Below, piece after piece: positions 17,571 through 25,480 of a DNA stretch of 64,000 bases. The first letter of the stretch is position 1; each line of letters starts with the position of its first letter. Source of the stretch: a virus. The stretch is from positions 1 through 64,000 of IMG/VR virus record IMGVR_UViG_3300048834_000455. One strand, given 5' to 3'. The notes beneath the pieces are model-generated. The model was not told the origin of the DNA. It saw nothing but the letters and a program-made list of their open reading frames with translations, and did not search any database. The position numbers and the translations under genes were made by a program.

Positions 17571-17828
17571 TCAGGATACACCCGCACCCTTTTTACCCTT
17601 TTTACAGACCGATCCTAGAGAGTGGGGGAGGGTGGAAGGGAAAAGCTCGGCTGGTAAAGTCTCCAGGTCTGGTTGCGACACCAGGGCCAAAGCTCTGCCT
17701 AGCGCATCAGATCCGTAGTAATGACAGATACCACCGGCGTGTGGTATTCTGTCTGCGGTTGTCGTAGAGGTCAATCGCGAGCGCTTTCCCGTGCCACCGG
17801 GGGCGCTCTGTTTCGTTCTAGAGGTCAT
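17571..17828 (-). CDS. Satellite hypothetical protein
   Basis: AGGAGA RBS; MTSRTKQSAP start resembles 9035..9286. Confidence 0.45.
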   Translation of the reverse strand: MTSRTKQSAPGGTGKRSRLTSTTTADRIPHAGGICHYYGSDALGRALALVSQPDLETLPAELFPSTLPHSLGSVCKKGKKGAGVS

Positions 17829-17848
17829 CTCGTCTCCTAACCTGGGCC

Positions 17849-18217
17849 CTACAGGCTCCAGTTAATGTTCTCGGCTCTCGCCGAAGCTTTCTTGTTGGTG
17901 GCGGGGTCAATACGGTGTTTGTGTAGGTAAGCGAGCACGTCGCTTACGAGCACCCTTACGCGGTGACCCTCGGCCTCTTGGATGCGCGGCAGCTCGCCGT
18001 CCCGGACCAGCTTTGCCGCCGTCTTCTCGTGGGCTCCGATCATCTTGCCAACGGCTTTTAGGCCGATAGCAACGTCATAGTCGGGGTGAGCAACAGCGGG
18101 GGCGGTCCCGCACCAAGCTGCAATCTGCTGGCCCTGCAACTGGAGCGCTGAGGCCAAAAGCCTAACCTCGTCTGTCAGGCACGCCACCATCGCCTTTAGG
18201 TCGGCGACATCAGACAT
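17849..18217 (-). CDS. Excisionase-like HTH_17 protein
   Basis: IGLKAVGKMIGAHEKTAAKLVRDGELP..RVRVLVSDVLAYL. Confidence 0.7.
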   Translation of the reverse strand: MSDVADLKAMVACLTDEVRLLASALQLQGQQIAAWCGTAPAVAHPDYDVAIGLKAVGKMIGAHEKTAAKLVRDGELPRIQEAEGHRVRVLVSDVLAYLHKHRIDPATNKKASARAENINWSL

Positions 18218-18434
18218 GGGCAGATTCGCTCTCGAGGGGCCAGCCGTCCGGAGCAAACAATTCCTCTACTGGGCACCCGAGGGTCTGCGCCACCCTTGCA
18301 CGGACCCTGGGTCCGGCTGGAGTTTTTCCTGCGCGCAAGCGGTATAGGTTGCTTGGATGAGTACCAACGGCGCGGGAAAACTCTGGCATCCCGAGCCCCG
18401 CTGCCTCCATGGCTACCTGGATCATGGTCGTCAT
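18210..18434 (-). CDS. XRE/Cro-like HTH protein
   Basis: GLGMPEFSRAVGTHPSNLYRLRAGK..VAQTLGCPVEELF; AAGGAGG RBS. Confidence 0.8.
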   Translation of the reverse strand: MTTMIQVAMEAAGLGMPEFSRAVGTHPSNLYRLRAGKTPAGPRVRARVAQTLGCPVEELFAPDGWPLESESAHV

Positions 18435-18522
18435 TTTCTCGACCTCCTTGTCAGTGATAGGCCCAGTGTAGTATCTTCTTGTAACTAGACAAAGTTAAAA
18501 CTGGTTACAGGGGTTACGAAAA

Positions 18523-19578
18523 ATGCACCGCGGCGACATCACTTTTCACTGGCACCGAGACCCTATCGGGTATGAGGTAAAGCCTGATATCAGGTATGAG
18601 AAGAACCCGGATCGAAGCGATAGAGAGGTGAGGGAGGGGCTGGCGATATGGGAGAAGAGCGCCATAGGGGCGGCGGAGACAACTTGGCCGCTCACGCCCA
18701 ATCCGGTGACAGGTGAATGCGAAAATGACGGCTCTGTCCTTTTGGTTAGCCAACTCGCGGAAGTAGAACTCACCAAGGCCGGCCTTGAGAAGTGGTGCAA
18801 TCGGCACGGCCTGCTATTCACCGGGGAAGAGCGGTTGCTGCGAGACGCAAAGGGCTTCCTTACCCCTGGCTGCCCCAACAACAGGGTTGTCAACCTGGTC
18901 GAAAGCTACAAGGATCCAATCCGACAAGCGAAGGCATTCATGGCGTTCCTGTCAATGATGCAGACAGGAATCGACCCAGGCTATATAAGCCCGCACCCAC
19001 TCGCTAAGGCACTCGAGGCTCACGGGGTGCCCACCAACCGCTTCCCCGGGTTAGGATATCTCAACATTTTCGAAGCCAGCCCCGAGTGGGAACCCATTCC
19101 GCCAGCCTGGCCGGGGCAGGAATTCAAACCTGATGACGTCCCGCTGATGGCGCAAAGGATCCTTTGGTCCTTTCTGTTCAAGGTGCTCAAAGAAAAGGTC
19201 AACCTTGTCTCTGTTGTGGAGCAAACGGGGATGGCTGAAAGGATGGCGCTTAGGCCTGTCGACTTCGAGGCAGCCATTTGGTTGCAGGCTTCGTTCCATC
19301 TTCACGAAGGGAAACACGCCAGGGTGTGCCCCATCTGCAACAAAGTCTATGAGGTGAGCGCTGAGACCCCGAAGGGTCCCACGTCTCAGCGCTATTGTGG
19401 AGGCAGGTCCAGCAAGACTTGCAAAGTTCGGGCCAACGAGCGCCGCCGGGATAAGGCTTTTGAGCTATTCAAGGCTGGCGCGAATGTCCAGGAGGTTCTA
19501 GAGCAAGTGAACGGGATGGGGTTCGGAGTATCTAAGCGGGATACAATCGAGGGCTGGAGGGCGAAGGTCAATGGCTAG
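18523..19578 (+). CDS. Integrase-associated regulator with C-terminal CGNR-like Zn finger
   Basis: WCNRHGLL; RVCPICNKVY..RYCGGRSSKTCKVRANERR. Confidence 0.65.
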   Translation: MHRGDITFHWHRDPIGYEVKPDIRYEKNPDRSDREVREGLAIWEKSAIGAAETTWPLTPNPVTGECENDGSVLLVSQLAEVELTKAGLEKWCNRHGLLFTGEERLLRDAKGFLTPGCPNNRVVNLVESYKDPIRQAKAFMAFLSMMQTGIDPGYISPHPLAKALEAHGVPTNRFPGLGYLNIFEASPEWEPIPPAWPGQEFKPDDVPLMAQRILWSFLFKVLKEKVNLVSVVEQTGMAERMALRPVDFEAAIWLQASFHLHEGKHARVCPICNKVYEVSAETPKGPTSQRYCGGRSSKTCKVRANERRRDKAFELFKAGANVQEVLEQVNGMGFGVSKRDTIEGWRAKVNG

Positions 19579-20245
19579 AGCGGACGGTAAAGACCGTGGA
19601 CTATTCCAGAAGCCAGCCAACTCCGGCGTGTGGTGGATTCGATTTGCCGACCACCGCAAGCGCGAGCGGCGCTTTAAGGTCGGCAAAAAGAGCGATGCCC
19701 AGAAAGCCTATGCCCACAAGAAGCAGATCGTCCAGAAGATCAAGCTGGGGACCCTCCCCGAAACAGCTCTGGACGGCGAGGACATTCCGACCCTGAAGGA
19801 ATACCTCGAATCGATCACCCCAGAGCTAGAGCAGAAAAAGAGCTGGCGAGACGATCAGCGCTTCCTTAAACGGTGGGTAGCGATGCTCGGAAGCTACGGG
19901 ATCGACGAAATCCAGGCCAAGCATGCGGTGAAACGACGAACAGCTCAGCTCGCCAAGGGTAAAAAGCCCGCGACCGTAAACCGAGAGACGGCGTTCCTCA
20001 AGGCTGCCTTGACCAGAGCGGTACGCGATGGGGTTCTCGAGAAGAATCCCCTAGCCGGCTTCAAGATGCTGCCCGAGAACAACGAGCACGACCTTTATCT
20101 CACCGAGCCCCAGGAGGTGCGCCTGGCCGCCGTCATGGCGCCAGAGGACTTCGAGGTGGTAGCGCCATTTAGTTATAGTTTATGGCAGACATCTAGTCAA
20201 TATGGTTGGCAAATGTTTTTGGCAGACATATACTCAAGGCTATGA
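19571..20245 (+). pseudogene. Tyrosine integrase N-terminal half (arm- and core-binding domains only)
   Basis: WWIRFAD..RRFKVG, PATVNRETAFLKAAL..NPL, LYLT motifs. Homology stops at EDFEVVA (20164), before the catalytic TGLR. Confidence 0.85.
20172..20234. promoter_or_regulatory. Divergent sigma70 promoter pair with direct-repeat operators
   Basis: Minus strand TTGACT-17-TATAAC (20200-20172); plus strand TTGGCA-17-TATACT (20206-20234); TGGCAGACAT at 20183 and 20220. Confidence 0.8.
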
Positions 20246-20442
20246 CAGACGAGGAAAGACGCAAGATGGGGCGGCCCCGAGAGTACGACGGGAATGAGCC
20301 TGGAGCGCCGCGACTTACGATCCGATTTCGGCCGGACGTGCTGGCTTGGCTGCGCGCTCAACCGGGAGGACCCCGCCGCGCCATCGAGCGATGGGCCCTG
20401 GGCGAGATGGCTGCCGAGCGCAAAAAAGCCCCACCGAAGTGA
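20242..20442 (+). CDS. BrnA-like/RHH small DNA-binding protein, probably leaderless
   Basis: MGRPR..LTIRFRPDVLAWLRAQPGG; ATG 7 nt after the -10 box. Confidence 0.7.
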   Translation: MTDEERRKMGRPREYDGNEPGAPRLTIRFRPDVLAWLRAQPGGPRRAIERWALGEMAAERKKAPPK

Positions 20443-20475
20443 GGCTGGCTGGAGGCTCCGAGAGGCTTTCGCCCT

Positions 20476-20658
20476 TCACACCGCTTTCGCTGCCCGCGCA
20501 GAGACCAGCTCTGCCCGCAGGAGCGCGATGGCCGTCAGCTCGGAACAGATGGCCCGCGCGTTCGCGACGGTGGCCGGTGCTGAGCGCAGGCGCTGCAGGT
20601 TCTCGTGCGCGAGGCGGTAGCGGTCGGAGAGGTCCTGGAGGTTATCGGTGCTGGTCAT
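20476..20658 (-). CDS. Small helical hypothetical protein
   Basis: TGC-TATCCT lies 6 nt upstream of the ATG (leaderless-like). Confidence 0.4.
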   Translation of the reverse strand: MTSTDNLQDLSDRYRLAHENLQRLRSAPATVANARAICSELTAIALLRAELVSARAAKAV

Positions 20659-20746
20659 AGGCACAGGATAGCAGGCGGGGCGAGGGCAATCGGTGACGGT
20701 TGTCACTGGGGCGGCTGGGTGTCACTCCTTGCCGCACGATTTGCAC

Positions 20747-20981
20747 GGGTGTCCCGTCAGGTGTCCCCATGTCGGCCGAACTGAGCTGCACTGTGCGGCA
20801 AACCCTTACTTCTCTTGGTGGGCCTCGAATCTCCATTTTGCTTGACCTTTCTCGTGAAACTGTGCTATTTTCTCGAGGCTCGCCGGGATAGCTCAGGGGT
20901 AGAGCAACTCACTCGTAATGATCGAGGCTCCCCCGCAACCACAACGACTGCCATCGTGGGTGTCCCCAAAGGTGTCCCCAA
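20747..20981. other. attP: tRNA-derived core flanked by arm-type repeats
   Basis: GGTGTCCC tandem pairs with a 12-bp period at 20748/20760 and 20959/20971, on either side of a tRNA fragment and next to the integrase stop. Confidence 0.8.
20882..20921 (+). tRNA. 5' half of tRNA-Thr(CGT), truncated (att core)
   Basis: GCCGGGA TA GCTC AGGGGTA GAGC A ACTCA CT CGT AA TGA, then homology is lost; no T arm. Confidence 0.85.
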
Positions 20982-22034
20982 CTATGGTTCTTCCTCTCGG
21001 TCGAGCACCTTGACCGCCTCGTGCAGATGGTCGGGAGAGAGCTTCGCGTACCTCTCCGTGATAGTGATCGAGCGGTGTCCCGCGAGAAGCTGGATGGTCC
21101 GCAGAGGTGTCCCTGCCATTGCCAACCGGCTGCAGTAGGTATGTCGCAGGTCGTGCCATCGCAGGTCGCGGATTCCGGCCTTCGCTAGCGCGGGCTTGAA
21201 GTGCTTTCGGTAGAAGTTGACGCCTGACCACGCCGTCCCCGTCAAAGGGTGGGGGAACAGCCACTCTGACCCCAGCGCCTCGGCGAGCTCCAATTGCTTG
21301 ATGATGAGCCTCCGCAGGTCGGCCCCCATCGGAACCTCGCGAGGGTAGCCGCTCTTCGTCAGGGGTAACCGGAGAACATTGGCGTCCAGGAGTACCTGGT
21401 TCGTCTTCGCCAGGAACTGCTCGGACTGTCTCATGCCCGATAGGAAGGCGATCTGCACGAAGCGCCACTTCCACGGCTCCATGTGTTCACGTAACCGTGC
21501 CTCCTCGCTGTCGCTAAGCCAACGTAAGCGGCCGTGGTCCTCCTTGAGCGCCTTGTATCCGCGGAGAGGGTTGGCCGGCAAGATGCGGTCTCTGACTGCC
21601 AAATTCAGCAGCGCATGGAGTCGCCTGGTCACGCGATTGACGCTGGCCGGTTGAAGCCCTCGCGCCAGCTCCTTCTGTTGCCACAGGCTCACCATCATCG
21701 GCGAAATCTTGGCAATCTTCGGATCGTTGAGGTCTCGGACCAGCCGGTTCTCTATGTGCTCGTGGTAGCGGTGTTGACGGTTGCGGGCCTGGTCGTCAGC
21801 GCGGTATCGCTTGGCCAGCTCGGAGAGGCGAACCGGCGTCTGCATCATGTCCGCTTGGATCTGATCCATCATCTCGAGGATCTTCTGTGCGGCCTTCTTG
21901 CCGTCTTTGCCGGGTCCACACTTGCGGCGGAATCGACGGCCGGTGTCGAGCTTCTTGTCTACCCAGTAATCGCCCGTCGTTGGGTCTTGTCGAATGTATT
22001 GCAGCTTCGTGCTAACTAGTGTGGGAATAGCCAT
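20982..22034 (-). CDS. int: Tyrosine recombinase/integrase
   Basis: SGMRQSE, TKSG, RWHDLRHTYCS, LAGH, ERY catalytic set; AAAGGAG RBS. Confidence 0.95.
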   Translation of the reverse strand: MAIPTLVSTKLQYIRQDPTTGDYWVDKKLDTGRRFRRKCGPGKDGKKAAQKILEMMDQIQADMMQTPVRLSELAKRYRADDQARNRQHRYHEHIENRLVRDLNDPKIAKISPMMVSLWQQKELARGLQPASVNRVTRRLHALLNLAVRDRILPANPLRGYKALKEDHGRLRWLSDSEEARLREHMEPWKWRFVQIAFLSGMRQSEQFLAKTNQVLLDANVLRLPLTKSGYPREVPMGADLRRLIIKQLELAEALGSEWLFPHPLTGTAWSGVNFYRKHFKPALAKAGIRDLRWHDLRHTYCSRLAMAGTPLRTIQLLAGHRSITITERYAKLSPDHLHEAVKVLDREEEP

Positions 22035-22181
22035 GCTTCTCCTTTGGGAGGCGACCCGGCCGAGAGCGCGAAGAACAGGTTCTTCAGGCGCAGGTCTCGG
22101 GCTATCGGCTCGGGGCCTCGTTTTCTTCTGTGCCCTCATCATAAGGGCAGTTCTCAAATCGCGGGACGCGGTCGCCAAGAA

Positions 22182-22853
22182 TTATTTTGGATTCTTGGAA
22201 TTGACCGCCGCGTCTTCTCCTGGCAAGGGTTGCCGGTAGGCGTTAAGGTCCACGACTCGGCCCCCTCGAGGCCCGTGGTTCTCGTCTCGCCAGGCGATGG
22301 CCACCGACTTCCCGTCTTGGGCTCGACGTAGCAGGTTGAGCCTGCACAGCCTCTCCGCGACCGCAGACCGCGTGATCCTGAACCTGTTGGCGATGCCCTC
22401 GAGGTGGTGCTTGATTTGTCCATAGTGCATTTTCTCTCGCCGCTGCCAGCAAAGGATCAACTCGCGGCAGTCAGGGTCTTCTCGCAGCATCTCTCGAGGC
22501 AGCAAGAAAGTCATCTGGTACGTGAACGCCTCCTCTTCTTGCTGGGCCCCCATCGGGTATCCGCGAACCAAGCGCACTCTGTGCAAACGAAAGTGCGCCA
22601 TCTCGTGACACTTCAGGCCAACCTCCAGACCCATCAGGTTCGCCTGTGCATGGCACAGCCTCGCCAAGTGCTTGTTGATGAGAATGGCCGGTCGGCTCAG
22701 GTCGAGAGCCGCCTCCCTTTGCCCCAGCGGTACCCTGACCACGGGCAGGTTGAGCGCCTCCAATATCTCGTCCAAATGATCGGCTGGGACGCCAGCCTTT
22801 CCTCCAAGTAAAAAATTCCGATCATACTCACAAATCTCCTCAAGTTTACTCAC
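22182..22853 (-). CDS. ImmA/IrrE-family metallopeptidase (antirepressor)
   Basis: CHEMAHF, EEEAFTY..FLLPR and IANRFRITRSAVAERL motifs. Confidence 0.8.
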   Translation of the reverse strand: MSKLEEICEYDRNFLLGGKAGVPADHLDEILEALNLPVVRVPLGQREAALDLSRPAILINKHLARLCHAQANLMGLEVGLKCHEMAHFRLHRVRLVRGYPMGAQQEEEAFTYQMTFLLPREMLREDPDCRELILCWQRREKMHYGQIKHHLEGIANRFRITRSAVAERLCRLNLLRRAQDGKSVAIAWRDENHGPRGGRVVDLNAYRQPLPGEDAAVNSKNPK

Positions 22854-23012
22854 TTAGTCCCTCCATCCGTTCGGATTGCTAGACTATCATGAACGTGAAC
22901 ATAAGATCACTAGGTGTGTGCGGAAGGAATGTTTTGGGTCGCTGTCATGTTCACGGAAATAAGCCGAAAATTATTCGAAAAATTTCTGGCTTACATGCAT
23001 GACCTTACGAAA

Positions 23013-23516
23013 TCATTTCTTTGGCGGGAGTGGGAGATTCTGCTGTTCTGGATCCGTCTCCATAAAGTCGGAAGGATCACGCTTGGTTACAATCAGCGTA
23101 GCGCCCCGAAGTCTAACTATGCATTGCAGCACTTGAAACAGGATACTAGAAAAGAAAAGAAGAGCGACATAGGTCAGTTTCGAGATGTCCAAGATGGCTG
23201 CCGCAGCGAAAAGCGGAATCCCGGCCAAAGCCCAATAGATGGTCTGATTGAAACTGTCTAGCAGAACTCTGTCTTTTCCCGTCTTTCTGAGGATCTCGAA
23301 ATGAGGCGATTGAACATAAAGGAGCATAACCGAAACCACGCTAGCCAGTAAGGCCGCTAGCGCCAGGCTTCCTCCTAGAATCGCCTCAATCAAGCTACTC
23401 TGGTGAATATCCCGGAAGATTTTGGCGGAAGTTTCCGGGGCCCGCCATCGTAGCACCGCCAAGCAAACGGGTATTACGGCCGCAATAAAGCTATTCGTCC
23501 AGAAGGCTTGGCGCAT
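23013..23516 (-). CDS. Four-TM membrane protein, low GC
   Basis: Four hydrophobic segments; overlaps the upstream gene by 26 nt. Confidence 0.7.
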   Translation of the reverse strand: MRQAFWTNSFIAAVIPVCLAVLRWRAPETSAKIFRDIHQSSLIEAILGGSLALAALLASVVSVMLLYVQSPHFEILRKTGKDRVLLDSFNQTIYWALAGIPLFAAAAILDISKLTYVALLFFSSILFQVLQCIVRLRGATLIVTKRDPSDFMETDPEQQNLPLPPKK

Positions 23517-24723
23517 CTTCTATGCTCTTGTCGGTTCCTTTCTTCGGGAGAACCAATTTTGCGTTAAGAATGTGGTCGCGGTGTTGGAGAAAAACGGCGT
23601 CTAGTTCAGCGAATGCCGCGATAGGATCCAAAACTCTTGAGCTACTCTTTTTTGTGGGGAGATCCACTTGGAATTCGCAGTACTTTTTGAGCAGATTGTA
23701 CTGCATTTCCTCGCCCCTGCTCGTCTTGCCCTTAAGACCGAGCTTCTTCACTTGACGTCCGATAGCCTTGCCTTCAGCGAGTTTGGTTAACCATTTTCTG
23801 ACCCATCCGTCGAACATTTTTGGACTTGTCCGAGACAGCATTATGATTTTAACAAGGTCTGGCTCACTGTCACTTATCAGTTTTCCCATATGCGTGTCTA
23901 ACTCAGCATCTTCTAGAAGATTTAACTGGTGGTCGGAGCCAGCGACAACCAACTCAAACTGATGAAACTCGTCCACATCTCTTAGAATATCTTCTGGCTT
24001 ATCTAGATCGGCCAGTTTCCAGAATCCTATAGTACCATGGACTTCTCGCAATCTTGGGTCTAGCTGTCTCGCAATGAAGCGGATCAGATGGAGGTCTTGG
24101 GGGCCATTCTTGTGCTTGATGAGACCAATTAGATTAGGAGCAAAAAAACTGAAGAAACAGCTATTGGCAATCCACCCTGCACGATGGTCGAAGTCTTTTA
24201 GTTCTCCATTGTGCTCTAGTTCCGGACAATCGTTGCCCGTTGAAAGGGCGAGCTGGTAGCGATTGGAACCGTGGCTGACAAGGGTTAGTCGAGAAGTCTC
24301 CGTGAGTTGCTGGACCCGCAAGTCTTTTTCAATAGAGTCGAGGGCAGCAATTAGCGTGGCTGCAGTCAAAGATGCGGAGTTTTTCTCGGATCGGAAGCGC
24401 TGAAACCTCAAGCGCCGACTAACTTTTCTCAGTCTTTCTGGCTCAAGCTCCTGGTTTCCACCCTTAGTGGAGACAGCTGCATAGGAGCCCTCGGGCTGCA
24501 AGAACCTTGCCGCGCTTCTGGGCTCCAGTGTGCGAACCAAGGGGAGTAATGCGAATTCACCCACCAGCACTTCAGCAACCTTCTTGGACTCGTGATCAAT
24601 GGCGACAATTACATCGTCGAACGGGTCTGGAGCTTTAACATGAAGTGGGCGCCGAAACTCAGTGTACTCAGGGCCTACCGCTGCCCTTGCTTGCTCGATT
24701 GGATCCCTCAATTTTCCTCGCAA
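23491..24723 (-). CDS. DUF6731/DUF4747-like soluble protein, low GC, start uncertain
   Basis: FFSFF..NLIGLIKHKNGP..L.RFI and YNLLK pattern recalled for this clan; paired with the TM gene. Confidence 0.5.
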   Translation of the reverse strand: MRGKLRDPIEQARAAVGPEYTEFRRPLHVKAPDPFDDVIVAIDHESKKVAEVLVGEFALLPLVRTLEPRSAARFLQPEGSYAAVSTKGGNQELEPERLRKVSRRLRFQRFRSEKNSASLTAATLIAALDSIEKDLRVQQLTETSRLTLVSHGSNRYQLALSTGNDCPELEHNGELKDFDHRAGWIANSCFFSFFAPNLIGLIKHKNGPQDLHLIRFIARQLDPRLREVHGTIGFWKLADLDKPEDILRDVDEFHQFELVVAGSDHQLNLLEDAELDTHMGKLISDSEPDLVKIIMLSRTSPKMFDGWVRKWLTKLAEGKAIGRQVKKLGLKGKTSRGEEMQYNLLKKYCEFQVDLPTKKSSSRVLDPIAAFAELDAVFLQHRDHILNAKLVLPKKGTDKSIEDAPSLLDE

Positions 24724-24784
24724 GGCACCCGTTGACGGCCGCCTCGAAAGAGGCCCTTCGTGCCATGTTTTCTGTCGACCGCGA

Positions 24785-25465
24785 TCATTGCTCCACGAAT
24801 ATGGGTGGCCATTTTTGCAGTACCCCCTTCATGCTAACCTCGTCGGCGTCGAGCGGAGAGACGGCCGCTTGCCCCATTTCCTTGAGCTTTAGCTCGTCGA
24901 TGGCCAGTCGCTGAACGTTGGCCATGGCCTTGATGTCGTTGACGTAGGGATCGGCTTTCCTGTTGGCTTTTTCCTCGGCGTCACATATCTGCCTGAAGAC
25001 CGCCCTCTGGACGCTCTCGGAATCGGGTAGCCGCGGCGTAACCTTTCCACGGACGCCATCCGAACGCTTAAGATAGCGGGACTCCCCCGAGAAGACGTAG
25101 ACCTCGAAGAATTCTCCAGTCTCTCCAGCGTACTTGACGGAAGAACCGCGTCGAAGGATTCCAATCTTCTCGCCACCCACCGAAGCCCAGACCTGAGCGT
25201 CCTTGGTCGCGGTCACTGCATCAACAGGGTCCGGGGCTTTGTAATCGCCAAAGGGGGTAAGGTCCGGCTTTTTCGTTTTACTCTCAGGCGCTTGAGGCTT
25301 CTCCGAAGACACCTCTTTGGGGGCCGGCTTCGGCTTAGCGTTCCGCTGCGGAGAGTCGTCGCCGGAGCATACCACAGCGCAAAGGACGAAGAAGGCTGCG
25401 ACGGAGTAGATGCAGCCCTTAGCAAGGCAACCGGGCACCTTCTTTTGGCCAACAGGTTCAGCCAT
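24785..25465 (-). CDS. Membrane-anchored protein with SH3-like domain
   Basis: GCLAKGC plus TM, Pro/Lys linker, then IGILRRGSSVKYAGETGEFFEV. Confidence 0.6.
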   Translation of the reverse strand: MAEPVGQKKVPGCLAKGCIYSVAAFFVLCAVVCSGDDSPQRNAKPKPAPKEVSSEKPQAPESKTKKPDLTPFGDYKAPDPVDAVTATKDAQVWASVGGEKIGILRRGSSVKYAGETGEFFEVYVFSGESRYLKRSDGVRGKVTPRLPDSESVQRAVFRQICDAEEKANRKADPYVNDIKAMANVQRLAIDELKLKEMGQAAVSPLDADEVSMKGVLQKWPPIFVEQ

Positions 25466-25480
25466 AGAAGTAACCGCTCA

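Larger units (their letters stand above)
17427..20164. mobile_element. Satellite/PICI-like fragment B, truncated at both ends
   Basis: Xis-like and HTH genes divergent from a regulator and an integrase N-half; left end abuts a pseudogene, right end lies mid-integrase. Confidence 0.7.

Noticed and set aside
11490-20921. The two tRNA fragments as halves of one split tRNA or as attL/attR of one island
   Set aside because: The acceptor strands are not complementary (GCCGGGA vs CTGACTC) and share no core sequence.
20882-20960. Complete tRNA-Thr gene
   Set aside because: Homology ends after the anticodon loop; there is no T arm or acceptor 3' strand.
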